Source of the DNA: an uncultured Actinomycetes bacterium | Lineage (GTDB): Bacteria > Actinomycetota > Acidimicrobiia > Spongiisociales > DATADW01 | Length of the DNA stretch: 64,000 nucleotides | Direction of reading: 5' to 3' | Assembly (NCBI GenBank): GCA_963824995.1 | Contig: CAWGRK010000009.1 | Span: 235,934-299,933, forward strand | Part shown: positions 13,143 to 23,435 of the stretch, in pieces | Layout: the number at the start of each line of letters is the position of its first letter | How positions within the stretch are numbered: position 1 is the first letter of the stretch | The notes under the pieces: generated by a model | The model's database searches: none | What the model was told of the DNA's origin: nothing | What the model saw: the letters and a program-made list of their open reading frames with translations, nothing else | Program-made: the position numbers and the translations under genes

Positions 13143-14912
13143 CTATTGGACTGCTTGGCCGTCACCGACGACGACGACGCCGCCCGGTGCCTTCCTAAAG
13201 CGGAACCAGGCCCAGAAGCTCACCGACACGAGGGCGAACCCGGCGAAGAGCGAACCGGCGACCAAGAACGGCGTTGCCGACTCCAGCGGCCCATATCCCT
13301 GTCCGGGATGGGCGAGAAAGTGGATCACCGCGAAGGCTCCAAACCCGAACAGCGCCGACCACACCCATCGGTTCCAGCGAAAGACCTTCTCCCCTGCCAG
13401 GAACCGCATTGGAGCCAAGGCGAAGACGAGTCCCTCCAACCCGGCGATGAACAGCGTCGCCAGCGCGGCGTCTCCGGCAACCGCCCCTAGCGTCGGAGCA
13501 GAACCGAGCGACGGATGGGTCGCCGACCAGGCGAGCCATGCCCCGAGCCCGACTACTGCGGCGAGTGCCGCCCCGGTTGCAGCCGCCCGGCCTTCTTGGC
13601 GTTTGCTGAGGACCACGGCTACGGCCACCCCAGCGAGGATGCCGTAGAGGTAACCCGGGAGAAAACCGATCATCCGCGAGACGAGCACGCAGGCTGCGGC
13701 AACGAGCAGAGCGCCAGGGAGAGCCCGAACCGAGATCCCGATGCCTGGCTGGGCTCGTCGGAGCATCAATGCGGTCGTCCCCGTCCCAACGAGCGTCAGC
13801 GCCACGAAGGCGGCCAACGTGCCCAACACCAGGCCGATGGTGGTCGTGTTCCATCCGAAACCGGGATCGAGCAAACCACCGAGAACTGCCCCGACGACGA
13901 TGCTGCCGCCCAGCGTCCACCAACTCGCCCGCACCCGTTCGCGCCTTGCCTTGGACGCCTCGTTGCGACGCTTGCCAAACCAGGCGAGGACCTCGTCGTA
14001 GTGCTCGTCAAGCGTCCGGTTGAAGAGTTCGGCAGGAAATGGCATCAGAAGTACCAGCAGGGCCGCCAGCAGCAGATTGGCCCCTATCACGAGCGGGTCG
14101 GTGGAGACCTCCCCCACCTGGTTGACCGATGCCACCACCGCGGATACGCCTGGTGGTGTGGTGCCATCTCCGCCGTTCGACTGATCGGTCCCACCCGGGT
14201 CGGACACCGGTGCTACCGCAACGACCGATGTTGTCGTCGTCGCCGGCACAGTGGTGGTGGGCGGCTGAGTCGTCGTCGGCGGAAGCGTGGTCGTGGTCGG
14301 CGGAATGGTCGTCGTGGTAGGCGGAATGGTTGTGGTCGTCGTGGCCGGCGCCGGCGGGGTATCAAGCCGTTCTGCCACGAGTTCGGTGTTGATGGCGCGC
14401 CAGCCGAGAAGCTCACCGGACTCGGGGTCGAAGACGATCCAGTCGTATGTGTTCAAGGTCCCTTCGACCGCGGTTGCCATGACCCCATCGACCGTGCGTT
14501 TGGAATCGGTCACGCGGAAAGAGGTGGGCCGTGCGTCTGGTACTCCATGACCGGCACCGGCAAAAGAGCATGGGCCGTGGTAGCGGCGACCGGATTGTGT
14601 CAGATCACAGTTCCAGGTGATTGCAGGGTTCCACTGCCATGTGAAACAGAGGTTTCCACCACAGCTCTCCATCGTCGTCTGGAACGTAACCCCCACTGGA
14701 GGACCGGGCCCCTCGGGCGCCTCTTCGCTTGTCTGGTCGCCGACTGGCACCGAATCCACGACGTTGAGCGTGATCTCCCAATGCCCCTCTACCTCCCCCG
14801 GTTTCCTCGAACCCGGGTTTTCCTGGGCGAATGCGGAGCCTGATATGCCCGCGATCAATAGGCCGATGACCACCGCCATCGACCACAACCTCGCTCCGTG
14901 TCTCCGCTTCAT
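13143..14912 (-). CDS. Signal-peptide protein with Pro/Thr-rich linker and C-terminal multi-pass membrane domain (FGLLP-motif-like family)
   Basis: GGAGG RBS; signal peptide ending AFA; PPTTTT repeats; PFPAELFN.TL and GFLPGYLYG motifs. Confidence 0.7.
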   Translation of the reverse strand: MKRRHGARLWSMAVVIGLLIAGISGSAFAQENPGSRKPGEVEGHWEITLNVVDSVPVGDQTSEEAPEGPGPPVGVTFQTTMESCGGNLCFTWQWNPAITWNCDLTQSGRRYHGPCSFAGAGHGVPDARPTSFRVTDSKRTVDGVMATAVEGTLNTYDWIVFDPESGELLGWRAINTELVAERLDTPPAPATTTTTIPPTTTTIPPTTTTLPPTTTQPPTTTVPATTTTSVVAVAPVSDPGGTDQSNGGDGTTPPGVSAVVASVNQVGEVSTDPLVIGANLLLAALLVLLMPFPAELFNRTLDEHYDEVLAWFGKRRNEASKARRERVRASWWTLGGSIVVGAVLGGLLDPGFGWNTTTIGLVLGTLAAFVALTLVGTGTTALMLRRAQPGIGISVRALPGALLVAAACVLVSRMIGFLPGYLYGILAGVAVAVVLSKRQEGRAAATGAALAAVVGLGAWLAWSATHPSLGSAPTLGAVAGDAALATLFIAGLEGLVFALAPMRFLAGEKVFRWNRWVWSALFGFGAFAVIHFLAHPGQGYGPLESATPFLVAGSLFAGFALVSVSFWAWFRFRKAPGGVVVVGDGQAVQ

Positions 14913-14999
14913 ATCCATCTCCTCCCAGGTCTCACATCTTCGAGGTGACGCCCAAAACGACGCCAAATGTCACGCCGTCCCCCACGCAGAGGCTGGCCT

Positions 15000-15205
15000 G
15001 GAATGGCCAGCGTGAACCGGATGTGGCTCCGGATAGCGGTGTCGGGTGGGTCGTCGCCCCAGAGTCGCTCGATCAGCATTTGGGTACCAACGACCTCGCC
15101 TGGTGCGGCCATCAACGCCGCGCAGAGACGACCCCCCATGCCCCCGACAGGTTCATATCGGTCCGATCGACCAATCTCGATCGGACCCAAGATTCGTAGC
15201 TGCAT
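15000..15205 (-). pseudogene. Truncated AfsR/SARP-type regulator (partial winged-helix only; 3' end approximate)
   Basis: MQLRILGPIEI...PGEVV...LIERLWGDDPP; similarity lost after about 60 aa, no BTAD domain. Confidence 0.7.
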
Positions 15206-15424
15206 CCCCGCTGTTGAGCGTAAGAGCACTCAGGGCCAAGTTGGCCAAATCGAATGGGTCCAGCGACTCATTTTGCGAAGGCCGTTTTGGCGACCTATTG
15301 GCGGCCGTTTTGGCGGCCTTTTAGGGGTGTGTTGTCTCATTGACAGGTTCTGAGCCTGCCGGCGGATGGCGCCGCGGCTCGCCTCAAAAGGAAACGCAAC
15401 GTCCTTCACAGCACGTCAAGCGCG

Positions 15425-15689
15425 GTGGCTAGGGGCGCTCGCCGTGCTGATGCCGAGCCGGCGAAGGATGTCTGGATCCCCCCCTCCCAGACCCGGAAAC
15501 TGCTCCGGTTCGACACTAAGACAAAGGACTTCGTCGCCGAGCTCGACCTGGCGGGGACCGGCTGCATCGGGTGGCGCAACACAGGCGCTCGCTGTGGGCA
15601 TGGAGATAACCGAAGACCGTTGGTACCTCAAGCAGTACGACCTCGAAAGCGGTGAGATGGTCGCTGAGGTCAAGATCCCCGGGGCGTAG
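15425..15689 (+). pseudogene. Possible degraded gene fragment (beta-propeller-like segments in two frames)
   Basis: VWIPPSQTRKLLRFDTKTKDFVAELDL then WYLKQYDLESGEMVAEVKIPGA* in another frame; no clear start. Confidence 0.35.
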
Positions 15690-15706
15690 GGGCACCCCGG
15701 GGCGAA

Positions 15707-16768
15707 TCAGTCGCTTTGAGCCAGACGGCGCGTCTGCTCCTCGGCGGCGAGGGCAGCAACGAGTGAGTCGAGATCCCCTTCGAGCACGTCGGAGAGACGT
15801 TTCAGCGTGAGTCCGATGCGGTGGTCGGTGACCCTGTTCTCCTTGTAGTTGTAGGTGCGGATCTTCTCCGAACGGTCACCACTCCCGATCTGGGAGCGCC
15901 TCGCCCCGGAGAGTTCGGCGTGCCGTCTCTCCTCTTCGGCCTGACGGAGGCGGGCGCGGAGGATGCGAAAAGCCTTCTCCTTGTTCTGGAGCTGGCTCTT
16001 CTCGTCCTGGCAGGAGACAACGATCCCCGTGGGGATATGGGTAAGGCGCACAGCCGAGTCCGTCGTGTTGACAGACTGACCTCCTGGCCCGGTGGACCGG
16101 AAGACGTCGACCCGTACCTCGTCGGGGCTCAGCTCGATGTCGCTCTCCTCCACCTCGGGCAGCACCGCAACCGTGGCGGTCGACGTATGGACCCGCCCCT
16201 GGCTCTCGGTGCGTGGCACCCGCTGCACGCGATGGACCCCGGCCTCGAAGCGGAGACTGCCAAATGCGTCCTTTCCCCCGATGCCGAGCGTGACCCGGGA
16301 GAAGCCTCCCGACTCTGAGGGGTGGCTCTCGAGCGTCTCGACAGTGAGTCCGTGGGACTCGGCATAACGCTGGTACATGCGGCTCAGGTCTCCCGCCCAT
16401 ATGGCCGCCTCGTCCCCACCCGCTGCCGCACGAACCTCGATGATGACCGCCCGGCCCTCGTCGGGATGACGCGGTAGGAGGGCGGTGCGAAGCGACTCCT
16501 CGAGCCGGGTCGCCTCGGCCTGCCGCTCCTCTGCCATATCGGTGAGGTCCGATGCAAGCTCGGGGTCGTCACCCGCCATGGCCCGTGCCTCTCGGACATC
16601 CTCGTCGGCCTGGCGCCAGGAGCGAAACAGATCCACCAGTGAGGTCAGGTCGGCGTGTCGTTTCGCCAGTTCGCGGTAGCTTCGCTGATCGCCAACCACC
16701 TCGGGGTCGGCAAGCCGCTGTGTCACGTCATCGAGTTCGCGCTCCGCCTCCTCGAGGCGTTTGAGCAT
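15707..16768 (-). CDS. prfA: Peptide chain release factor 1
   Basis: GGDEA, HRVQRVPRTE (PxT), GPGGQSVNTTDSAVR, RTYNY. Confidence 0.97.
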   Translation of the reverse strand: MLKRLEEAERELDDVTQRLADPEVVGDQRSYRELAKRHADLTSLVDLFRSWRQADEDVREARAMAGDDPELASDLTDMAEERQAEATRLEESLRTALLPRHPDEGRAVIIEVRAAAGGDEAAIWAGDLSRMYQRYAESHGLTVETLESHPSESGGFSRVTLGIGGKDAFGSLRFEAGVHRVQRVPRTESQGRVHTSTATVAVLPEVEESDIELSPDEVRVDVFRSTGPGGQSVNTTDSAVRLTHIPTGIVVSCQDEKSQLQNKEKAFRILRARLRQAEEERRHAELSGARRSQIGSGDRSEKIRTYNYKENRVTDHRIGLTLKRLSDVLEGDLDSLVAALAAEEQTRRLAQSD

Positions 16769-17863
16769 CCCGGCGTCCACGATCAGGCTATCGGCGGATC
16801 TTCGACCGGGTCGGCCTCCAACCCAGGGTTGGCAGCCACCCCAGAGGTACTCTCCAACCCAGGGTTGGCAGCCTACCCCACCGGTACTCTCCAAGCCAGG
16901 GTTGGCCGGGGTGACAACGCCTCCCGCCGGCTCGCCGACCTGGGGGACGACGCTTCCGGCCTCTGCATCCAACTCGCCGCGAGATTCGACTTCAGCCCGA
17001 CCCGTCGGGTCCATCGCCGCGAGCAGGCTGGCCACCGCCACCGGGATCATCTGTCCCTCGGGCACACGTGTGGTAAGCCGCTGCAGCCACAACCCTGGGG
17101 CGGCGAGCACCTTCCCGAGCGTGCCCTCGGCCCTCAACCCGGAGAAGCGGAGCAGTTCGTAGGAGACGCCGGCGATCACCGGGATCAGCAGGATTCGGCT
17201 GGCGATCAGCCATGGCAGCGACGGCCTACCAAGCAGAGAGAACAGGAGCACCGACAGCAGGACCACCAGCAAGAGGAAGCTGGTCCCGCATCTGGGGTGC
17301 TCTTTGGGGTAGCGACCCACGGAGACAGCCGAGAGCTGCTCCCCGGCCTCATAGGCGTGGATCGTCATGTGCTCTGCACCGTGGTACTGGAAGACCCGGC
17401 CGATCTCGGGTATCCGCCCGATCCCCCAGATGTACCCGACGAACACCGCCACACGGATCGCTCCCTCCACCAGATGCACCCACCCCGATTGCCCGACGAC
17501 CCACCTCGCCCCTACTGCGGGGAGCACGACGAAGAGCCCGGCGAAGAGAGCTAGAGCGAGAGCCAGCGACCCGACCACCTGGCCGCGGGACAGGGGCTGC
17601 TCGTCCTCTCCGCTGGCGCGCTGAGCCGACCACGACAACGCTCGCATACCGAGGGTCAGCGATTCGCCGAGGACCATCACGCCGCGAATCAGTGGGATGC
17701 GGGCCCATCTCGACCGCGACGAAAGGCGAGGCAGATCGTTGCGCGTTGCCTCGATGACGCCCGACGGGGTGCGGACCGCCACCGCCCAACCGGCGGGTGC
17801 CCTCATCATCACACCCTCGATCACGGCTTGGCCCCCGACGGTCTGAGACGGATCCCGACTCAT
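16769..17863 (-). CDS. DUF1385 domain protein (no stop before prfA in this assembly)
   Basis: VGGQAVIEGVMMR, YHGAEH, HPRCGTSF, PGLWLQRLTT; usual position between rpmE and prfA. Confidence 0.9.
16816..16907. repeat. Three tandem REP-like palindromes CTCCAACCCAGGGTTGG (period 36-37 bp)
   Basis: Copies start at 16816, 16852, 16889; same family at 41666-41786. Confidence 0.85.
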
Positions 17864-17897
17864 CGGTGGTCAGCCGATCGCGGCGGCCGCCGGTGGC

Positions 17898-18161
17898 TCA
17901 GGACTCTTCGGCGGCGGGCTCCGCCGCGGTGTCACCGCTGGCGGAACGGGTGAAGGACGTCTTTCCGTACCGCTTCTGGAACCGCTCGACTCGTCCACCG
18001 CTGTCCACCAGCTTCTGGCGGCCGGTGAAGAAGGGGTGGCACTCGTTGCACAGTTCGACGTGCATCTCGGGCTTGCCACTCGTAGAGCGGGTGGTGAAGC
18101 TGTTCCCGCAGGAGCAGATCACCTTGGTCTCGGTGTAGTCGGGATGGATCCCGGTCTTCAC
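17898..18161 (-). CDS. rpmE: 50S ribosomal protein L31 (Zn-binding type)
   Basis: [31 protein letters not shown]. Confidence 0.97.
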   Translation of the reverse strand: MKTGIHPDYTETKVICSCGNSFTTRSTSGKPEMHVELCNECHPFFTGRQKLVDSGGRVERFQKRYGKTSFTRSASGDTAAEPAAEES

Positions 18162-18178
18162 TGCATCCTCCTGATCGT

Positions 18179-19729
18179 TCAGCTACTGCTCCGCGCCACC
18201 TCGGCGAGGAACTCGGGGTTGGACTTGGTGTTCTTGAGCCGGTCGATGAGCAACTCCAGCGCGGCCCCCGGCTCGAGGGCGAGCAACACCCGCCGCAGCT
18301 TCCACACCTGGAGCAGCTCCTGTCGGTCGAACAGCAACTCCTCCTTCCGTGTTCCCGAGCCTTCGATGTCGATGGCCGGGTAGATCCGCTTGTCGGCGAG
18401 CTTGCGGTCGAGCCGGAGCTCCATGTTCCCGGTCCCCTTGAACTCCTCGAAGATGACCTCATCCATCTTGGAGCCGGTCTCGACGAGGGCGGTCCCGAGG
18501 ATGGTGAGGCTGCCACCTTCCTCGATGTTCCGGGCGGCTCCGAAGAAGCGCTTCGGCGGGTAGAGGGCGGTCGAGTCGACACCACCGGAGAGGATGCGTC
18601 CCGAGGCCGGCGTGGCCAGGTTGTGGGCGCGAGCAAGACGGGTGATCGAGTCGAGCAGGATGAGGACGTCGGTCCCCATCTCGACTAGCCGCTTTGCCCG
18701 CTCCAGGGCCAGTTCGGACACCTGGCAGTGCTCCTCGGCGGGGCGGTCGAAGGTCGAGTAGACGACCTCGCCCTTCACCGAGCGCTGCATGTCGGTGACC
18801 TCTTCCGGCCGCTCGCCGACCAGGACCACCATCAAATAGACCTCGGGGTTGTTGAGGGTGATCGACTGGGCGATCTCCTTGAGCACCGTCGTCTTACCGG
18901 CCTTTGGCGGCGAGACGATCATCCCCCGCTGTCCTTTCCCGATGGGGGAGATCAGATCCATGATCCTGGCGATCATCCCGTTGGGCTTGCCGTCCAACTC
19001 GAGCCGGAGCCGCGAGTCGGGGAATAGAGGAGTGAGCTTCTCGAAGCGGGGCCGGCGGTGCGCCTCATCGACGGTCATCCCGTTGACCGAGTCGATCCGG
19101 ATCAGGGCGGGGAACTTCTCCTGGCTGCGCGGCGGGCGGATCGGACCCTCGACCAGGTCGCCTCGCCGCAGGCCGAACTTGCGCACCTGACTCGCCGAGA
19201 CATAGACGTCGCGGTCGCCGGGTAGATAGCTGGTGACCCGGAGGAACCCGTATCCCTCTGGAAGGACGTCGAGAATCCCCTGACGGATCTCGAGTTCGCC
19301 CTCCGGGATCTGCGGTTCGCGGTCACTCCGCTCGTAGCCCTGGGGTCCCATGCCCTGGCCGCCGCGGCGGCGGCGCCTTTTGCGGTTCCCGTCGCGCCCG
19401 CCGTCCCAGTCGCGCCGGTCGTCGTCGCGCCGATCGTCGTCGCTCGCGACCCGAGGCGCGGAGTCGTCGACCGGTTCATCCTCGGTCGGCTCCGGGGCGG
19501 GCGTGCTGCTCGGCTCCGGGGCGGGCGTGCTGCTCGGCTCGGGCCGGGGCAGCGCTGCGGGAAGCTCGACCACGGGGAGGCTCTCACCGCTCGGCTGATA
19601 GCCGTCGGCGTTCATGATGGCGTCGATGAGGTGGGCCTTCTGCAGGCCGTCGGTCTCGATGCCGACCGCTTCGGCGATCTGGCGGAGATCCCTGATCGAC
19701 TTCCCCTGGAGTTCCGCTCTGGTCGTCAT
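18179..19729 (-). CDS. rho: Transcription termination factor Rho
   Basis: [36 protein letters not shown]. Confidence 0.99.
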   Translation of the reverse strand: MTTRAELQGKSIRDLRQIAEAVGIETDGLQKAHLIDAIMNADGYQPSGESLPVVELPAALPRPEPSSTPAPEPSSTPAPEPTEDEPVDDSAPRVASDDDRRDDDRRDWDGGRDGNRKRRRRRGGQGMGPQGYERSDREPQIPEGELEIRQGILDVLPEGYGFLRVTSYLPGDRDVYVSASQVRKFGLRRGDLVEGPIRPPRSQEKFPALIRIDSVNGMTVDEAHRRPRFEKLTPLFPDSRLRLELDGKPNGMIARIMDLISPIGKGQRGMIVSPPKAGKTTVLKEIAQSITLNNPEVYLMVVLVGERPEEVTDMQRSVKGEVVYSTFDRPAEEHCQVSELALERAKRLVEMGTDVLILLDSITRLARAHNLATPASGRILSGGVDSTALYPPKRFFGAARNIEEGGSLTILGTALVETGSKMDEVIFEEFKGTGNMELRLDRKLADKRIYPAIDIEGSGTRKEELLFDRQELLQVWKLRRVLLALEPGAALELLIDRLKNTKSNPEFLAEVARSSS

Positions 19730-19957
19730 ATGGTCCTTTCACCGTCGCCTTGATCGGCTCTGGCTAGAGAGATGCCGGGTCCACCGGTGGGGAGGTTCTC
19801 CGCACCGCCGGAGCGGCTTTGCTGAATCGTTCAGCCGGACCTACTGGCTCCGTCTTTGCCCGCACAGTCCACGACGGGATTACCTAGAGGTGAGTGCCGT
19901 GTGGCTCGGGGGTCCTCCGCGACGGAAGATGAGCACGGGAGTGACGAATCGGTGGGC

Positions 19958-19985
19958 ATTGTACACAGCCGCGTTCGCTTTCCAA
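19958..19985 (-). promoter_or_regulatory. Putative rho promoter TTGGAA-N16-TACAAT
   Basis: Motif match about 230 nt upstream of the rho start. Confidence 0.45.
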
Positions 19986-19992
19986 GCCGCCT

Positions 19993-21384
19993 TCAACCCG
20001 TTTCCTCCACGGCCTCCCAGATGAAGCTGCGGGCCGCTTCCAAACCGGCCGGGATGGTGACCAACCGCTCGGTCCGATCGATGATCCCAGCGAGTTCGGC
20101 GGGGAGCGCCGGCTCCATTCCCGTTGCTGCCGCTACCGCTTCGGGGAACTTGGCCGGGTGCGCCGTCGCCAGGCTCACCAGCGTCGTCCCCGGCGGCCGT
20201 GACCGCTTCCCGGCTGCGACGCCGATCGCAGTGTGCGGGTCTATCAATCGCCCCGTCTCGCGGTAGACATCGGCGATCGCAGCCTCGGTTGCCTCGTCAT
20301 CCAGCCAGGCTGCCGAGAAGAGGCGACGCAACCGGGTCGAGGTATCTGCGGGGAGATCGAATGAGCCATTCGTGCGGAGTTGGCGGACCGCCTCACCCAC
20401 TCGAGGTCCTGCACCGCCGAGCAGGTCGGCGAGGAGCCGTTCCATGTTCGAAGGTACCTGGATGTCCATCGCCGGGGAGAGTGTGTGAACCACCGGCTCG
20501 ATGGTCAATCGTCCATCGACGATCAGGTCCGTCAGCCCGTGGTTGCGGTTGGACCCGACAACCAGTTGGCCCACCGGGATCCCCATCTTCGAAGCGGCGT
20601 ACGCCGCATAGACGTTGCCGAAGTTTCCGGTCGGAACCGAGAACACCAGTTCGCCTGGTGGTATTCCCAACCGTGCCACCGACCAGGCAGCGAATGCGGT
20701 CTGGGGGGCTACGCGCGCCCAGTTGATCGAGTTGAACCCGGCCAACCGGTGTTTCGGGGCGAGATCGGGATCGGCGAGCAGTGCCTTGGCCAGATCCTGA
20801 CAGTCGTCGAAAGTCCCATGGATGGCGACGGCGTGAACGTTGCTCTCCTCCACAGTCGTCATCTGGCGGCGCTGGATGTCGGAGATACGGCCTTCGGGGT
20901 AGAGGATGACGACGTCGATCCCGGTTCGCCCCCGCAACGCTTCGATCGCAGCAGACCCCGTGTCGCCTGAAGTTGCACCAAGGACGAGGACACGCTCTCC
21001 GGTGCGCTCCACCGCCGCCTCCATCATCGCCCCCAGCAACGCCATGGCGTAGTCCTTGAAGGAGAGGGTCGGCCCCCAGGTGAGGTCGAGCAGCCAGTCG
21101 TCGTCACCCAGTCGCACGAGAGGTGCGACCTCGGGGTGGCGGAACCGCGCGTAGTTCGACTCCGCCATCGCTCCGATCTCGTCAGCATTGAAGAAGGGAG
21201 CGGCGAAGGGAGCCACCATCGTCACCACGACCTCGGGATACGAACGTCCCACGAGTGCCACCGCGTCCACCTGCGGCCAGCTCTCCGGCACGTACAGCCC
21301 GCCATCTGGTGCCGGGCCTCCCAGTAGCAAGTCGCCAAACCCGGTCAGTGCCGGACCACTGTCGCGGGTGGAGCGGTATCTCAT
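19993..21384 (-). CDS. thrC: Threonine synthase
   Basis: MRYRSTR, DGGLYVP, GPTLSFKD, ATSGDTG, NSINWAR, TAHPAKF. Confidence 0.97.
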   Translation of the reverse strand: MRYRSTRDSGPALTGFGDLLLGGPAPDGGLYVPESWPQVDAVALVGRSYPEVVVTMVAPFAAPFFNADEIGAMAESNYARFRHPEVAPLVRLGDDDWLLDLTWGPTLSFKDYAMALLGAMMEAAVERTGERVLVLGATSGDTGSAAIEALRGRTGIDVVILYPEGRISDIQRRQMTTVEESNVHAVAIHGTFDDCQDLAKALLADPDLAPKHRLAGFNSINWARVAPQTAFAAWSVARLGIPPGELVFSVPTGNFGNVYAAYAASKMGIPVGQLVVGSNRNHGLTDLIVDGRLTIEPVVHTLSPAMDIQVPSNMERLLADLLGGAGPRVGEAVRQLRTNGSFDLPADTSTRLRRLFSAAWLDDEATEAAIADVYRETGRLIDPHTAIGVAAGKRSRPPGTTLVSLATAHPAKFPEAVAAATGMEPALPAELAGIIDRTERLVTIPAGLEAARSFIWEAVEETG

Positions 21385-21390
21385 GCGAGA

Positions 21391-21669
21391 GGACGGCGGG
21401 CGGCGGACGGGGGACGGGGGACAGAAGGTAAGGCGGAAGGCGGAGGGCGGAGGGCGGAAGCGAAAGGACGGCGGACGGCGGACGGCGGACGGCAGCCACA
21501 ATTTCCGTCCCACCGCAAGGGGGAAGGGGCCCGCTGCGGAGCAATGGGTGGGGGGGCAGTCGAGCCTTCCAACGGTGATCGACTCGCGGTGCTACACAGT
21601 TGGGAGTTCGTCAGCCCCCGTCTCCCGACGCCTTCGGCGGCGGGTACTCCCCCCAAGGTGGGAGCGGAA
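21391..21669. repeat. Composite repeat: degenerate heptamer tract (GGACGGC/GGAGGGC) plus two inverted copies of a GC-rich palindromic element
   Basis: Heptamers 21391-21493; element TTCCGTCCCACCGCAAGGGGGAAGGGGCCCGCTGCGGAGC at 21503; inverted relative about 21586-21669. Confidence 0.8.
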
Positions 21670-21694
21670 TCACCTCTCGCGTCGTGCCAAGTCA

Positions 21695-22976
21695 TCAGTC
21701 CTCGGCGATGACCCTGAGCGTCGCCGCCACTTGGCGCACGACACTCAGGTCTTCGAGGTCGGCCACGGTCTTCCGGTGGCGCCACTCGGCGGCGCTGTGG
21801 GTGACGAGGAGGAGGGTCGCCCCGTCGCCGCGCCCTTCCTGCCATACCGAGGCGATCGACACCTGATGTCGGCCGAACACCGAGGCGATCTCGGCGAGGA
21901 CGCCGGGAGCGTCCACCACTTCAAGCCGGAGATACCACCGGGTCTCGACCTCGGCCATGTCCCGCACCCTTCCGGGGGCGAAGCGGACCCGCGGCGCCAC
22001 CTGCGCCCCGGCCAACAGCTCGCGGGCTGCGTCGATCACATCACCGAGCACGGCGGTGGAGGTGGGCTCGCCACCGGCACCAGGCCCCGAGAACAGGAGC
22101 TGCCCGATCGATGGACCCTCGATGTAGATGGCGTTTTGGGCGCCTCGCACCGCAGCAAGTGGGTGCCGGCGTGGGATGAGCGTCGGATGGACCCGGACGC
22201 TCACTCCCTCAGCCGTCTCCTCGGCGATCGCCAGCAGTTTGGGCACATAACCAAGGTCGGCGGCGTGGCGAACATCGTCAGCGGTGATCGAGCCGATCCC
22301 CTCGCGGTGAACCTGATCGCCCGCCACCCATGTACCGAAGGCCAGACTGGCCAGGATCGCCGCCTTGGCTGCTGCATCGGCTCCTGAGATGTCTGCCGTG
22401 GGATCGGCTTCGGCGTAACCGAGCCGCTGCGCCTCGACCAGCGTCTCGTCGAGCGGACGGCCGTCTTCCGCCATGGCGGTCAGGATGAAGTTGGTGGTGC
22501 CGTTGACGATCCCGAGCACCCTGCTGAGCCGCTCCCCGGCGAGCGACTCGGATAGCGGGCGGATGATCGGGATGCCACCGCCGACCGCCGCCTCGAACAG
22601 GAGCGAAACCCCCATCTCGGCGGCCGTCTCGATCAACTCGACCCCGCGTGCCGCGACCAGCTCCTTGTTCGCCGTGACCACGGGCTTGGCGTGTCGCAAC
22701 GCGGCGGAGCACCAGCTCTCCACCCGGTTCGAGACCACCCATCAACTCGACCACGAGTTGGACCGCTGGGTCGTCTACCAGATCCTCGGGACGGTCCATC
22801 AGCAGTGCGGGTGGAATTCCGGAGGCGCGTGGCTTCTCGATGTCGCGGACCGCCACCCCCCGCAGCTCGAGGTCGACGCCGGCCTTGGCGGCGATCGCCT
22901 CGCGGTCGTCGAGCAGTTTGCGCGCCAAAGCACCACCGACGTTTCCTCCCCCGAGAATCCCGATACCGACACTCAT
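21695..22976 (-). CDS. hom: Homoserine dehydrogenase with ACT domain; apparent frameshift near 22705
   Basis: GILGGGNVG, VVTANK, FEAAVGGGIP, NGTTNFIL, C-terminal ACT (DAPGVLA). Confidence 0.95.
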
Positions 22977-23040
22977 CGCTCGAAAACGGTAGACGGGCAA
23001 AGCAAGACGGCAGCCGGAAGACGGAAGACGAGAGACGGTG

Positions 23041-23388
23041 TCAGCAGGTGACGTGGAGGATGGCGTTGACGTCGGCGGGGTCGAGATCGCGCAGCAGGGC
23101 ACAGGCTTCGGCTGTAGGCAGGACCACTAGCTCGACACCCCGGCGCTTGGCCTCGTCGTGCACTTCGGACATGACGGGGAGGCTGCCGGAGTGACCGGAC
23201 CCCACTATCAGTCGCCGTCCCGACCACGGGATGTCCTCTGCTACCGACAGAGGAGTGTGCCCGCTCTTGAATGGCTTGGAGGGTCGCTTGTCGCGGGGCC
23301 GAACCGCACCATCCTCGAGCACGACGTCGTGGTCAAAGCGCTCGCCCTCGACGACGATGGTCCCGAAGCCGGGGTACTCGACGTCCAC
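23041..23388 (-). CDS. Mth938-like domain protein
   Basis: FGTIVVEG..FDHDV, LIVGSG..G.L, PTAEAC, C-terminal HVTC. Confidence 0.8.
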   Translation of the reverse strand: MDVEYPGFGTIVVEGERFDHDVVLEDGAVRPRDKRPSKPFKSGHTPLSVAEDIPWSGRRLIVGSGHSGSLPVMSEVHDEAKRRGVELVVLPTAEACALLRDLDPADVNAILHVTC

Positions 23389-23435
23389 GTCCGCAAGATA
23401 GCCATGAGCGGGCAGCGCTTCTATACGCTCCGGTG

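Noticed and set aside
16816..16907. Possible mini-CRISPR array
   Set aside because: Spacers are only 14-15 bp and resemble each other, there are no cas genes or leader, and the unit recurs at 41.7 kb like a REP
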